Below are positions 28,214-38,537 of a DNA stretch of 64,000 nucleotides, piece by piece. Position 1 is the stretch's first letter; the number at the start of each line of letters is the position of its first letter. Origin of the DNA: Candidatus Woesebacteria bacterium RBG_13_46_13 (GTDB lineage Bacteria > Patescibacteriota > Microgenomatia > UBA8517); NCBI GenBank assembly GCA_001791995.1, contig MGFR01000001.1:177148-241147 (forward strand), read 5' to 3'. The notes beneath the pieces are model-generated. The model ran no database searches. It was not told the origin of the DNA and was given only the letters and a program-made list of their open reading frames with translations. The position numbers and the translations under genes are program-made.

Positions 28214-31200
28214 TGGAACCTTTAGCAGAACTAAGAACATTGGCAGATTTTAAGAGCCTGATTTTAAGGCTGGCATCTCCCGAAGAAATTCGGGCTTGGA
28301 GTCGTGGAGAAGTAACCAAACCGGAAACCATCAACTACAGAACACTCAAGCCGGAAAAGGATGGTCTTTTCGATGAGCGGATCTTCGGTCCAACCAAAGA
28401 TTGGGAATGTTACTGCGGAAAATACAAAAGAATCAGGTATAAAGGTGTGGTTTGCGACAAGTGCGGAGTCGAAGTTACCCAATCAAGGGTCAGGCGGGAA
28501 AGAATGGGCCATATTGCCCTTGCCACTCCGGTTGTTCACGTTTGGTTTTTCAAAGGAGCTCCGTCAAAGATCTCTCTGCTTCTGGGAGTGGCTCCGAGAG
28601 CCATAGAGCAGGTTATCTACTTCGCCCGTTATTTGGTGATCGCCGTTGACGAAAAAGGCAGAAAGGCTGCCATCTCCGGGCTGGAAAAGATCGAAAGCGA
28701 AAGACTCGCGGATATTTCCAGGGAGTTTACGGAAAGGAAAGACGGATTAAGAGGTGAGGCCCAGCAGGCAAAAGAAAAGACTTCTGGGAAGGTAAAGGAC
28801 AAAGAACAGCTGGCCTTGGCAATTTCCGAAATTGAGCTGGACTTGAGGAAAAAAGAAGCCGCAATTTCCGAAGAAGAAGCAACAACCGGACAGAAGACAA
28901 GCCAGCTTTTCGAAAACTTGCTCTCTCTGGTTAGGGGCTTAAAACCGCTTTCCGTATTAACCGAAGAGGAATACGACGAGCTGGCCCAACACGGAGCCGT
29001 AGAATTTTTCACCGCCAGAATGGGAGCCGACGCTATCACCTCGGCCCTTGAAGGAGTAAATCTGGAAGAGCTTTCCGCGACTTTGCGCCGAGAAATCGGA
29101 GAAGCAAAAGGAGCAAGCAGCAAATATGTGAAGTTGGCCAAACGCTTAAAGCTAGCCGACGGAATGAGGAGGGTCAAGATCAATCCCATGTGGATGGTAC
29201 TTAAGGTTCTGCCGGTTCTGCCTCCGGACTTAAGGCCAATGGTTCAGCTTTCGGGAGGGCGCTTTGCAACCAGCGACTTAAACGATCTTTACCGCAGAGT
29301 CATCAATAGAAATAACCGGTTGAAACACCTTATTTCTCTGGGTGCTCCCGAGATTATCTTAAGAAACGAGAAAAGAATGTTGCAAGAGGCGGTTGATTCC
29401 CTGATTGATGCCTCGCAAAGAAAAGCCGTCAGGCGTGGTCGCGGCAAACAAGCTCTAAGGTCTCTCTCGGATATGCTCAAGGGTAAGCAAGGCCGGTTTA
29501 GGCAGAATCTTTTGGGTAAAAGAGTCGACTATTCGGGCCGTTCGGTCATTATTGTCGGGCCGGAATTAAATCTTACTCAGTGCGGATTGCCCAAAGAAAT
29601 GGCCCTTGAGATGTTTAAGCCATTTGTCTTGAGGGAAATGATCACCAGGGGCATTGCGCCAAACGTAAAATCAGCCAAGAACATGCTTGACAGAAGGCCG
29701 CCAGAGGTCTTCGACATCTTGGAGGAAATTACCAAAAACCACCCGGTTCTTCTCAATCGTGCCCCGACCTTGCACAAGCTTTCCATCCAGGCGTTTTATC
29801 CTGTTCTGATCGAAGGCAGTGCCATCAGAATTCACCCCGCAATCTGCGCAGGATTTAACGCGGACTTCGACGGAGACCAAATGGCGGTCCATGTTCCTTT
29901 AGCCCAAAGGGCAATCGACGAGGCCAGGGATTTGATGTTGCCTACCCACAATCTTTTAAGACCCGCAGACGGAACCCCGGTCTCCACACCAGCGAGCAAG
30001 GAAATGGCTTTGGGGGTCTACTATCTAACCAGCGAAGACCCCAGAATTTCTGCCTCCGAGACTGTCTTCGCCGACAGCGAAGAGGTTGTTTTCGCATATC
30101 AGTCGGGCAAGGTGGAGCTGAGGCAAGGAATTTCCGTCAGGGTATCGGGTAAGATTATAGAAACGACAGTAGGCAGAATTCTTTTTAACGAGGTACTTCC
30201 CGAAAGTTTCGAGTATGTCAACGAACCGGCCACCTCCGGGGTCATCAAGAAATTGTTCAATAAAGCCTATGCAACCATAGAAAAAGACAAGGTGGTCGAG
30301 ATGGTGGATGCTATAAAAAATCTTGGTTTTTTTGGCGGGACCCTTTCTGGCTTGTCTTTTGGAATTTCCGACGCAAAGATATTGCCCGACAAGCAGAAAA
30401 TGCTTGATGAAGCGGAAGTTAGGATTGCCGAAATAGAAAATAATTTCATTCAAGGTCTCATTACTAAAGAAGAAAGGAAACGTTTGTCCCAGGAGGTCTG
30501 GATTGAGGTAACGGAAGAGTTGGCAGATAAAACCTGGGAGGCGCTGGACGCAACCAACCCCATCAAGGTTGTCATAGATGCCAAGGTGGGAAGAGCATCT
30601 CGAGATCAGGTCAAACAACTTGCGGCCATCAGGGGTTTGGTCGTTGACCCCCTCGGAAAGATAGTCGAACTTCCCATTAAATCCAACTTCAGGGAGGGTC
30701 TTTCCGTGTTCGAATACGTAACCTCTTCCCGAGGATCCAGAAAAGGTTTGACCGATACGGCCATCAAAACTGCCGATGCCGGTTACTTGACTAGAAGACT
30801 TGTGGATGTGGCCCACGACTTGATTATCAGGATGGAGGATTGTGGCACCAAAGAGGGAATTTTGATAAGCAAAGCAACAAGGCCCAATATTTTCGTATCA
30901 AGAATCATGGGTAGGTTTACCGTTAACGACATAGTTACCCCGAAAGGCAAGAAGGTTATCATCAAAAAGAATGAAATAATTTCCGAGGATAAAGCGATTG
31001 AGATTGACGCTCTCGGGATAACCGAAGTTATTATCCGATCTCCATTGACCTGCCAAGCTCGCTACGGGATGTGTAAGACTTGTTACGGTTGGGACCTTTC
31101 CAACAAAAGAATGGTTGAAATAGGAACTCCGGTCGGAGTAGTGGCGGCTCAATCCATCGGAGAACCGGGAACACAACTGACTCTTAAGACCAAGCACTCT

Positions 31201-31947
31201 GGAGGGATCGTCGGTTTGGACGTTACCCAGGGTCTTCCCCGTGTTGAAGAGCTTTTTGAAGCCAGAACCCCCAAGGCTCTTTCGCCGCTTTCGGAGATCG
31301 GAGGCAAGGTCAGAACCGCCGAAACCGATGAGGGTTGGAAAGTTACGGTAACGAGCGTTAGTGCCAAGCCGAAAGAAGAAAGAGACTACCTTATTCCCAA
31401 AACCTTAAAACTTGCGGTTGATGATAAACAGCTTGTCGAGGCAGGCACGCAACTTGCCGTCGGAGCCTTGGATATTAAAGAAATCCTGATAATTAAAGGC
31501 TTGCGCTCTGCACAGGAATATCTTGTCAGCGAGATTCAAAAAGTATACGAATCCCAGGGAATTCCCATCAACGACAAGCATTTTGAGGTAATAGCCAGGA
31601 AAATGAGCGATGAGGTCAGAATTATTACGCCTGGAGATACCAAATTCCTACCGGGAGATTTGGTCGATAAGGCAGGTTTTGAGGAAGAGAACGAAAAAAT
31701 CTTAGCCGCTGGCGGAGAGCCGGCCAGTGCCCAACAGGTGGTCTTGGGTATAACCAGGAGAGCTCTCTATACCGAAAGCTGGCTATCGGCTGCTTCATTC
31801 GAACAAACTACTGATGTCCTAACCGACGCTGCGCTTTTCGGGAAAGAGGACAGGCTGGTCGGATTAAAAGAGAACGTAATCATTGGGCGCCTGATTCCCG
31901 TAACCCTCGAACGAGCCGTCTTGCCTCAAGAGCAGAAAAGGGGGTAA
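28213..31947 (+). CDS. rpoC: RNA polymerase beta' subunit
   Basis: KPETINYRT, zinc-binding CYC/CDKC, catalytic NADFDGD, QSIGEPGTQLT. Confidence 0.99.
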   Translation: MEPLAELRTLADFKSLILRLASPEEIRAWSRGEVTKPETINYRTLKPEKDGLFDERIFGPTKDWECYCGKYKRIRYKGVVCDKCGVEVTQSRVRRERMGHIALATPVVHVWFFKGAPSKISLLLGVAPRAIEQVIYFARYLVIAVDEKGRKAAISGLEKIESERLADISREFTERKDGLRGEAQQAKEKTSGKVKDKEQLALAISEIELDLRKKEAAISEEEATTGQKTSQLFENLLSLVRGLKPLSVLTEEEYDELAQHGAVEFFTARMGADAITSALEGVNLEELSATLRREIGEAKGASSKYVKLAKRLKLADGMRRVKINPMWMVLKVLPVLPPDLRPMVQLSGGRFATSDLNDLYRRVINRNNRLKHLISLGAPEIILRNEKRMLQEAVDSLIDASQRKAVRRGRGKQALRSLSDMLKGKQGRFRQNLLGKRVDYSGRSVIIVGPELNLTQCGLPKEMALEMFKPFVLREMITRGIAPNVKSAKNMLDRRPPEVFDILEEITKNHPVLLNRAPTLHKLSIQAFYPVLIEGSAIRIHPAICAGFNADFDGDQMAVHVPLAQRAIDEARDLMLPTHNLLRPADGTPVSTPASKEMALGVYYLTSEDPRISASETVFADSEEVVFAYQSGKVELRQGISVRVSGKIIETTVGRILFNEVLPESFEYVNEPATSGVIKKLFNKAYATIEKDKVVEMVDAIKNLGFFGGTLSGLSFGISDAKILPDKQKMLDEAEVRIAEIENNFIQGLITKEERKRLSQEVWIEVTEELADKTWEALDATNPIKVVIDAKVGRASRDQVKQLAAIRGLVVDPLGKIVELPIKSNFREGLSVFEYVTSSRGSRKGLTDTAIKTADAGYLTRRLVDVAHDLIIRMEDCGTKEGILISKATRPNIFVSRIMGRFTVNDIVTPKGKKVIIKKNEIISEDKAIEIDALGITEVIIRSPLTCQARYGMCKTCYGWDLSNKRMVEIGTPVGVVAAQSIGEPGTQLTLKTKHSGGIVGLDVTQGLPRVEELFEARTPKALSPLSEIGGKVRTAETDEGWKVTVTSVSAKPKEERDYLIPKTLKLAVDDKQLVEAGTQLAVGALDIKEILIIKGLRSAQEYLVSEIQKVYESQGIPINDKHFEVIARKMSDEVRIITPGDTKFLPGDLVDKAGFEEENEKILAAGGEPASAQQVVLGITRRALYTESWLSAASFEQTTDVLTDAALFGKEDRLVGLKENVIIGRLIPVTLERAVLPQEQKRG

Positions 31948-31968
31948 AATACCTCGTATCGATTTATT

Positions 31969-32433
31969 ATGCCAACAGTATCACAACTTGTCAGACACGG
32001 AAGAAAGGTTCTCGGCAAAAAAGCCAAGACAGCCTCTTTGGGGAAGTGGTTTAATGCCAAAGACAGAAAATTTGGCGAACTATCCTCTCCCTTTAAGCGT
32101 GGGGTTGTGCTTTCTGTGCGAACGATGACGCCCAAGAAGCCGAACTCCGCCTTAAGAAAAGTGGCCAGGGTTAGACTTTCAAACAAACAGGAGCTGACGG
32201 CTTATATCCCCGGTGAAGGGCATGAATTGGCCGAGCACTCTATTGTTATGGTGCGCGGCGGCAGAGTAAAAGATTTACCCGGAGTTAAATATCACGTAGT
32301 CAGAGGTAAATACGACACAACCGGGGTAGTCGGCAGACAGACGGGAAGAAGCAGATACGGAACCAAGAGAGGAGGAGGCCCACGCACGGCCGCGGCAGCA
32401 CCGGCTGTAGCGCCCAGTGAGCCTGCTGTATAA
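31969..32433 (+). CDS. rpsL: 30S ribosomal protein S12
   Basis: [10 protein letters not shown] and GGRVKDLPG motifs. Confidence 0.99.
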   Translation: MPTVSQLVRHGRKVLGKKAKTASLGKWFNAKDRKFGELSSPFKRGVVLSVRTMTPKKPNSALRKVARVRLSNKQELTAYIPGEGHELAEHSIVMVRGGRVKDLPGVKYHVVRGKYDTTGVVGRQTGRSRYGTKRGGGPRTAAAAPAVAPSEPAV

Positions 32434-32438
32434 ATAAT

Positions 32439-32918
32439 ATGGCCAGAAAAGGACAGACCAAGCCCCGTGAGATAGAGGTCGATCCGATATACGGCAGTAT
32501 CGTGGTTTCAAAACTGATAAATAGGAGTATGCTGGACGGCAAAAAATCCGTAGCCCAGAAAGAAATCTATAATGCCTTTGAGCTAATTAAAGAGAAGACA
32601 AAGGAAGATCCTCTAAAGGTCTTCGAGGCGGCGCTGGACAATATCAAGCCGACAATGGAGGTTAGACCAAGAAGGGTGGGAGGTGCAGCTTATCAGGTTC
32701 CGATGAGCGTCAGAGGTCCCAGGAGAGAATCGTTGGGGATAAGATGGTTGATATTTGCCGCACGCTCAAGGAGCAACTCCGAATATCATTCTTACGCCGA
32801 AAAACTAGCCCAAGAGATAATCGATTCTTCAAAAGGGGAAGGAGTGGCAGTTAAGAAAAGACAAGACATGGAAAGAGTGGCAGAGGCCAACAGGGCCTTC
32901 GCCCACTTTAGGTGGTAA
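32439..32918 (+). CDS. rpsG: 30S ribosomal protein S7
   Basis: RRVGGAAYQVP and AEANRAFAHFRW motifs. Confidence 0.99.
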   Translation: MARKGQTKPREIEVDPIYGSIVVSKLINRSMLDGKKSVAQKEIYNAFELIKEKTKEDPLKVFEAALDNIKPTMEVRPRRVGGAAYQVPMSVRGPRRESLGIRWLIFAARSRSNSEYHSYAEKLAQEIIDSSKGEGVAVKKRQDMERVAEANRAFAHFRW

Positions 32919-32939
32919 AGGATTAGCCTCATTATTTAA

Positions 32940-35102
32940 ATGGCAGAAGTTCAAAAAAAGAAGTCGGCTATGGTTATGACGGTTACCAAAGACCGCGACG
33001 TTCCTTTGGAAAGAATCCGAAACATCGGCATTATTGCCCATATTGATGCCGGCAAAACGACAACCACCGAACGAATCCTTTTTGAAACCGGAAAAACTTA
33101 TAAGCAAGGGTCGGTGGACGAAGGGACAACCGTCACTGACTGGATGGCCCAGGAAAGAGAACGCGGCATTACCATTGTTTCGGCGGCCATTACCACTTTC
33201 TGGGACTTAAAAGCGACTTCTTCTGTGGAATCCGGTCACTATCGGGTCAATATTATCGATACACCTGGCCACATCGACTTTACGGCCGAGGTGGAAAGAT
33301 CGTTGCGGGTCTTGGACGGAGCGGTTATGGTTTTCGACGGCAGAACCGGAGTTGAGAGCCAATCCGAAACCGTTTGGCGCCAGGCTGATAAATATAGCGT
33401 TCCCCGGATTTGTGTTTTGAATAAACTAAACCTGATCGGGGCCGATTTTGAGGGCTCTTTAAAATCTATCCACGAGCGCTTGGGTGCCAACGCCGCCCCG
33501 ATTGTTCTACCCATCGGAGTTGAACACGACCACAGAGGAATCGTCGATTTGGTCAAAATGAAGGCCTTTTCTTATAAAGCCGTTGAGGACAATGCCTTGA
33601 CCGAGGGAGAAATTCCCAGCGATTTATTGGAATCCGCTAAAAAATACAGGAAAGAGCTAATCGAAAAAGTGTCCGAATTCGATGACGCAACCCTCACCAA
33701 ATATCTGGAAGGACAGGAGCCGACCGAGACGGAATTAAAACAGGCGATAAGAAAAGGGGTTATCAAGGGCAAGTTTTTCCCCATATTCGGAGGAGACAAT
33801 AGAACCGCGGAAGTTCAGCTGATTCTTGATGGAGTCATTGAATATCTGCCGTCTCCTTTGGATCTGCCGCCGGTGGAAGGTGTTAATCCCAAAACCGGAG
33901 AGAAAGAAACCCGAGAAAGAAAAAACGAAGCGCCTTTTAGCGCCTTGGCTTTCAAAGTCATGACCGACCCCCACGTGGGCAGACTGGTCTATTTAAGAAT
34001 TTATTCGGGAAAAATATCCTCGGGGCAGGTGGTTTATAACTCAACCCGCCAGAATCAGGAAAGGATAGGTAAACTTGTGCTTTTACATGCCGACCAAAGA
34101 GAGCTTATCGACAGTGCCTTTGCTGGCGAAATCGTGGCTGCGGTCGGGATAAAAGATACCACAACGGGAGACACGGTTTGTGATCCGGGATTTCCCATCC
34201 ACCTCGAGTCCATTAGTTTCCCCGAACCGGTAATTTCGTTAGCCATTGAGCCGGCGACCAAAAGCGACCAGGAAAAGATGGGGATTGCCTTGGGGAAGCT
34301 CTCGGATGAGGACCCGACCTTCAGAATTAAATCGAATCCCGAGACAGGGCAGACGATTATTTCGGGAATGGGAGAGCTCCAGCTTGAGGTTCTGGTCGAC
34401 AGAATGAAAAGGGAATTTGGCGTTGTCGCCACGACCGGTGCACCACAGGTAGCGTATAAGGAAACCATCAAAAAGATTGCCCAAGGCGAAGGAAAATATA
34501 TCCGCCAGACTGGGGGCCGAGGTCAATACGGGCACTGTTTGGTTCGGGTTGAACCCAGAGGCCGGGGTGAAGGATTTCTTTTCAAAAGCGAGATCAAAGG
34601 GGGAGCCATTCCTTCGGAGTTTATCTCCCCAATCGAGAAGGGAATCAAAGAAAAAATGGAAAACGGTATCTTGGCCGGTTTTCCCATGGTGGATATGGGA
34701 GTATTTGTTTACGACGGCAGCTTCCACGAGGTTGACTCTTCCGAGATTGCCTTTAAGATTGCCGGTTCTTTGGCGGTGGAGGAGGCAGCCAGAAGAGCGG
34801 ACATGGTTCTTCTTGAGCCTATTATGAAGGTTGAGGTTTCCACCCCGGAAGAGTTCATGGGAGATGTCATTGGAGATTTATCCAGCAAGAGGGCTCAGAT
34901 CCAGGGGACGGAAAAACGAGGCACAATGACGGTTATTTTGGGGCAGGCGCCCCTGGCCGAGCTTTCGGGATATGCAACCAAGCTGCGCTCGATTTCTCAA
35001 GGTAGGGCCAGCTATTACATGGAGCCTTCGCACTACGAAGAAGTGCCCAGAAACATTGCCGAGCAAATTGTGGCCAAAAGCGGCAAAGCCCAGGCCAGCT
35101 AA
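32940..35102 (+). CDS. fusA: Elongation factor G (non-canonical G4/G5 motifs)
   Basis: AHIDAGKTT, RGITI, DTPGH, GMGELQLE and GGRGQYGH motifs; str operon position. Confidence 0.98.
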   Translation: MAEVQKKKSAMVMTVTKDRDVPLERIRNIGIIAHIDAGKTTTTERILFETGKTYKQGSVDEGTTVTDWMAQERERGITIVSAAITTFWDLKATSSVESGHYRVNIIDTPGHIDFTAEVERSLRVLDGAVMVFDGRTGVESQSETVWRQADKYSVPRICVLNKLNLIGADFEGSLKSIHERLGANAAPIVLPIGVEHDHRGIVDLVKMKAFSYKAVEDNALTEGEIPSDLLESAKKYRKELIEKVSEFDDATLTKYLEGQEPTETELKQAIRKGVIKGKFFPIFGGDNRTAEVQLILDGVIEYLPSPLDLPPVEGVNPKTGEKETRERKNEAPFSALAFKVMTDPHVGRLVYLRIYSGKISSGQVVYNSTRQNQERIGKLVLLHADQRELIDSAFAGEIVAAVGIKDTTTGDTVCDPGFPIHLESISFPEPVISLAIEPATKSDQEKMGIALGKLSDEDPTFRIKSNPETGQTIISGMGELQLEVLVDRMKREFGVVATTGAPQVAYKETIKKIAQGEGKYIRQTGGRGQYGHCLVRVEPRGRGEGFLFKSEIKGGAIPSEFISPIEKGIKEKMENGILAGFPMVDMGVFVYDGSFHEVDSSEIAFKIAGSLAVEEAARRADMVLLEPIMKVEVSTPEEFMGDVIGDLSSKRAQIQGTEKRGTMTVILGQAPLAELSGYATKLRSISQGRASYYMEPSHYEEVPRNIAEQIVAKSGKAQAS

Positions 35103-35110
35103 ACTGATAC

Positions 35111-35172
35111 TTGACACTATTTATCGAGGCTAGGTATAATACGCTCAATGTAAGGGCAACTATGCCCTTTTC
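35111..35172 (+). promoter_or_regulatory. tuf promoter plus hairpin/U-tract
   Basis: TTGACA 35111-35116, TATAAT 35135-35140; AAGGGCA-ACTA-TGCCCTT followed by TTCT. Confidence 0.65.
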
Positions 35173-35210
35173 TGTTTGTAAAAGGATTAAGTTTAATATA
35201 AAATACGCAT

Positions 35211-36410
35211 ATGGCAGGTGAAGCAAAAGCAAAATTCGATAGAAGCAAACCGCACGTAAACGTCGGAACCATTGGTCACGTTGACCATGGTAAAACCACA
35301 TTAACGGCGGCCATTACTACTGTTCTTTCTAAGCAGCCGGGAAATCCGACAAAGCCTCTGAAGTTTGACGAGATCGACAATGCTCCCGAAGAGAAAGAAA
35401 GAGGAGTTACGATCAACATCTCCCACGTCGAGTACGAAACGGACAAGCGCCACTATGCTCACATCGACGCTCCGGGACACGCAGACTACATCAAAAACAT
35501 GATTACCGGTGCAGCCCAGATGGACGGAGCCATTTTGGTTATCTCCGCAGCTGATGGCCCCATGCCTCAAACCAGAGAGCACGTTATTTTGGCTCGCCAA
35601 GTCAACGTTCCCGCAATTGTAGTTTTCCTTAACAAGGTTGATGCGGTTGATGACCCTGAAATTATAGATTTAGTCGAAGCCGATGTCAGGGAACTGCTTA
35701 AGAAATACGAATACCCGGGAGACGAAGTTCCCATAATCAAAGGCAGCGCCCTTAAGGCTCTTCAGGGAGATGCCGAGGCAGAAAAGCAAATTGTCGAGCT
35801 GATGAAGGCTGTCGATGAGTATATTCCCGACCCGGTCAGGGATTCAGAGAAGCCTTTCCTGATGCCTATCGAGGACGTCTTCGCAATCAAAGGACGAGGT
35901 ACGGTTGTCACCGGAAGAGTCGAGCGAGGTAAACTCAAAATTAACGAGGAAGTCGAGATTGTCGGGCTTAAAGACACGAAGAAAACGGTTGTTACCGGTC
36001 TGGAAATGTTCAGAAAGACCCTGGACGAAACCGTTGCCGGGGATAATGTCGGAGTACTACTTAGGGGAATTGAAAAAGACGATGTCGAGCGCGGTCAGCT
36101 TTTGGCTAAACCCGCCTCAATTACTCCCCATACGGAGTTTGAAGCAGAGGTTTATATCCTTTCCAAAGAGGAAGGTGGACGCCACACACCGTTCTTTACG
36201 GGTTATAAGCCCCAATTCTATATCAAGACGGCAGATATTACCGGAGACATCACTCTTCCCGAGGGAATAGAGATGGTCATGCCCGGAGATTCCGCTAAGA
36301 TGAAAGTTAAACTTATTCAGCCAGTGGCAATGGAGGAAGGCTTTAGATTTGCAATTCGTGAGGGCGGTAGCACAGTTGGTGCTGGAGCTATCACCAAAGT
36401 TATTGCGTAA
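35211..36410 (+). CDS. tuf: Elongation factor Tu
   Basis: [28 protein letters not shown] and GSAL motifs. Confidence 0.99.
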   Translation: MAGEAKAKFDRSKPHVNVGTIGHVDHGKTTLTAAITTVLSKQPGNPTKPLKFDEIDNAPEEKERGVTINISHVEYETDKRHYAHIDAPGHADYIKNMITGAAQMDGAILVISAADGPMPQTREHVILARQVNVPAIVVFLNKVDAVDDPEIIDLVEADVRELLKKYEYPGDEVPIIKGSALKALQGDAEAEKQIVELMKAVDEYIPDPVRDSEKPFLMPIEDVFAIKGRGTVVTGRVERGKLKINEEVEIVGLKDTKKTVVTGLEMFRKTLDETVAGDNVGVLLRGIEKDDVERGQLLAKPASITPHTEFEAEVYILSKEEGGRHTPFFTGYKPQFYIKTADITGDITLPEGIEMVMPGDSAKMKVKLIQPVAMEEGFRFAIREGGSTVGAGAITKVIA

Positions 36411-36432
36411 GTTAGCACCTTAAACGGGCAAA

Positions 36433-36741
36433 ATGCCGGCAGGAAGACTAAGAGTCAAGCTTAAGAGCTACGACCACCGTGTCATAGATGAGGCGGCAGG
36501 TAAGATATTGGATACAGCCCTAGCTACCGGTGCAAAGATAATTGGCCCGATTCCTCTCCCCACAAAAAGAACGGTCATGGCCGTTAAAGAATCCCCTTTT
36601 ACCGATAAAGACGCACAGGAACACTTCGAGATGTTGATTCATAAACGCTTGATTGACATTATCGACCCCTCAGAGCGTACCATCGACTCCCTTTCCAATC
36701 TCGACCTCCCTGCGGGGGTATCTATCGAGATAAAGATGTAA
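36433..36741 (+). CDS. rpsJ: 30S ribosomal protein S10
   Basis: LKSYDHRVID, GPIPLPT and HKRLIDI motifs. Confidence 0.98.
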   Translation: MPAGRLRVKLKSYDHRVIDEAAGKILDTALATGAKIIGPIPLPTKRTVMAVKESPFTDKDAQEHFEMLIHKRLIDIIDPSERTIDSLSNLDLPAGVSIEIKM

Positions 36742-36745
36742 CCTC

Positions 36746-36859
36746 TTGCGCAGTTTAGCTTCCTCTGATATAATTTTCGCATCGTGGAGGTGATCGGTAA
36801 GGTCTAATCACCAAGTTTGCAGGATGTGCCCCTTAAAGGTGCCTCCGGCACCTTTTTTT
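36746..36859 (+). promoter_or_regulatory. Internal promoter and structured leader with terminator-like hairpin before rplC
   Basis: TTGCGC 36746-36751, 17 nt, TGnTATAAT ending 36774; GGTGAT/ATCACC stem 36789-36812; AAAGGTGCC-TCC-GGCACCTTT 36835-36855 plus further Ts. Confidence 0.72.
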
Positions 36860-36870
36860 GTGTTCAAAAA

Positions 36871-37641
36871 ATGGATACGATTCTAGCCAGCAAAGGTGGT
36901 ATGAGCCAAGCCTTCGTAGAAGGAAGAAGAATTCCGACTACCAAGCTTATGGCCGGCCCTTGCGTGGTAACACAAGTCAAGAAACTGGACAAGGACGGTT
37001 ATTGGGCAATCCAGCTGGGATTTGGCCAGAAGCGGATTAAAAACGTTACCAAACCCCTTCAAGGACACCTCAAAAGCTTCATTAAAGACAACAAAGCCCC
37101 CAGATATTTAAGAGAAGTCAGGTTAGATAAAGAGCCGGAATTTAAAGTCGGAGATACCCTTAAAGCCTCCGACATTTTTAATAAGGGAGACATAATTGCC
37201 GTTTCCGGGATTTCCAAAGGCAAGGGCTTTGCCGGAGTTGTAAAGCGTTGGCACTTTGCGGGAGGGCCCAGGACCCACGGACAGTCCGATAGAGAAAGAG
37301 CCCCAGGTTCAATAGGTCAAACAACCACCCCGGGGAGAGTTTTTAAAGGTAAACACATGGCCGGTAGGATGGGTGGCGAAAGAGTAACCGTTAAAAATCT
37401 CCAGGTAGTGTCCGTTAATCCCGAGACAAACGAGATAGAAGTTTCCGGCCCCATCCCCGGTATCAAAAAAGGGCTGCTTATATTAAGGCGCATCTCGGCC
37501 GGCAAACTTGAAGGAATAATCGAGGCCCAAGCACAAGTCGTTGAAGGAGAAGCACCCGAGGGAGAAGAGGTAAGGGTGGAAGGCGAAGCCGCTCCGACCC
37601 CGCAGGTGGAGGAAAAGAAAGAAGAGAATGCTCAAAGTTAA
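36871..37641 (+). CDS. rplC: 50S ribosomal protein L3
   Basis: DGYWAIQLG, SKGKGFAGVVKRW, THGQS and MAGRMG motifs; ATG at 36871. Confidence 0.98.
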   Translation: MDTILASKGGMSQAFVEGRRIPTTKLMAGPCVVTQVKKLDKDGYWAIQLGFGQKRIKNVTKPLQGHLKSFIKDNKAPRYLREVRLDKEPEFKVGDTLKASDIFNKGDIIAVSGISKGKGFAGVVKRWHFAGGPRTHGQSDRERAPGSIGQTTTPGRVFKGKHMAGRMGGERVTVKNLQVVSVNPETNEIEVSGPIPGIKKGLLILRRISAGKLEGIIEAQAQVVEGEAPEGEEVRVEGEAAPTPQVEEKKEENAQS

Positions 37642-38257
37642 TACATATTCCCTAAAGGGAACAAAGCTTGCCCCAACCGTTCTTCCCAAAGAATTTGAGA
37701 CAGCGGGGAGCCTTAACCTCTTGGCCCAGGCAATGCGTGTTTATGAGGCCAGGGGGCATGTCGGTTTGGCCAAAACAAAAACCAGGGCAGAGGTAGAGAG
37801 AACCAAGAAAAAGTGGTACAGACAAAAGGGTACGGGGGGTGCCCGCCATGGTGCAAAATCGGCACCGATTTTTGTCGGAGGAGGAGTAGCCCACGGTCCG
37901 CGCCCGATCGAAAGAAAACTTTCCCTTCCCAAAAGGATGGCCAAAAAGGCACTCTACGTTGCCCTTGGTCTTAAAGCCAAAGACGGCGCTATTGTAGTTG
38001 CCGATGGGCTTGCGAAGATTAAAAAGACCAAAGATGTCCAGATTTTGATTGACAGGATTAAAAAAGGAGGAAATTTTACCTTTGCTCTGTCGCAGGAGAA
38101 TATCGGCGTTTCGCAGTATTTGAAGAACATTAAAAACGCCGTTGCAGTGCCCTTTAAAGACCTTAATGCCTACAAAGTTTTTTTGGCCGGGGTGGTTGTT
38201 CTGGATAAAGATAATTTTAAAAAAGCAACAACAATCGCAAAGAAAGGGAAGAAATAA
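37628..38257 (+). CDS. rplD: 50S ribosomal protein L4
   Basis: RQKGTGGARHG and GGGVAHGP motifs. Confidence 0.98.
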   Translation: MLKVNTYSLKGTKLAPTVLPKEFETAGSLNLLAQAMRVYEARGHVGLAKTKTRAEVERTKKKWYRQKGTGGARHGAKSAPIFVGGGVAHGPRPIERKLSLPKRMAKKALYVALGLKAKDGAIVVADGLAKIKKTKDVQILIDRIKKGGNFTFALSQENIGVSQYLKNIKNAVAVPFKDLNAYKVFLAGVVVLDKDNFKKATTIAKKGKK

Positions 38258-38536
38258 ATGAAATTAATTCCACTATTGACGGAAAAAAGCCTGGCAGAGG
38301 CCAGACGCGGCAGTTACACTTTTTTGGTAGGAGCTGGGTTTAACAAAAGCGAGGTCAGAAAAGCCATCGAATCGGTCTTTGGTGTGCACGTAACCGGGAT
38401 AAACTCATTAAGCGTCAAGGGCCTTTCCAAGAAAAATTTTAAAGGCTATATCCAAAGGCAAAAGGGAGCCAAAAAGGTGATGGTGACTCTTAAAGACAAA
38501 GAAAAAATCGATCTTTTCGAGGAAAAGAAGAAATAA
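38258..38536 (+). CDS. rplW: 50S ribosomal protein L23
   Basis: PLLTEKS, NKSEVRKAIESVFGV and KKVMVTL motifs; operon position. Confidence 0.95.
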   Translation: MKLIPLLTEKSLAEARRGSYTFLVGAGFNKSEVRKAIESVFGVHVTGINSLSVKGLSKKNFKGYIQRQKGAKKVMVTLKDKEKIDLFEEKKK

Positions 38537-38537
38537 T

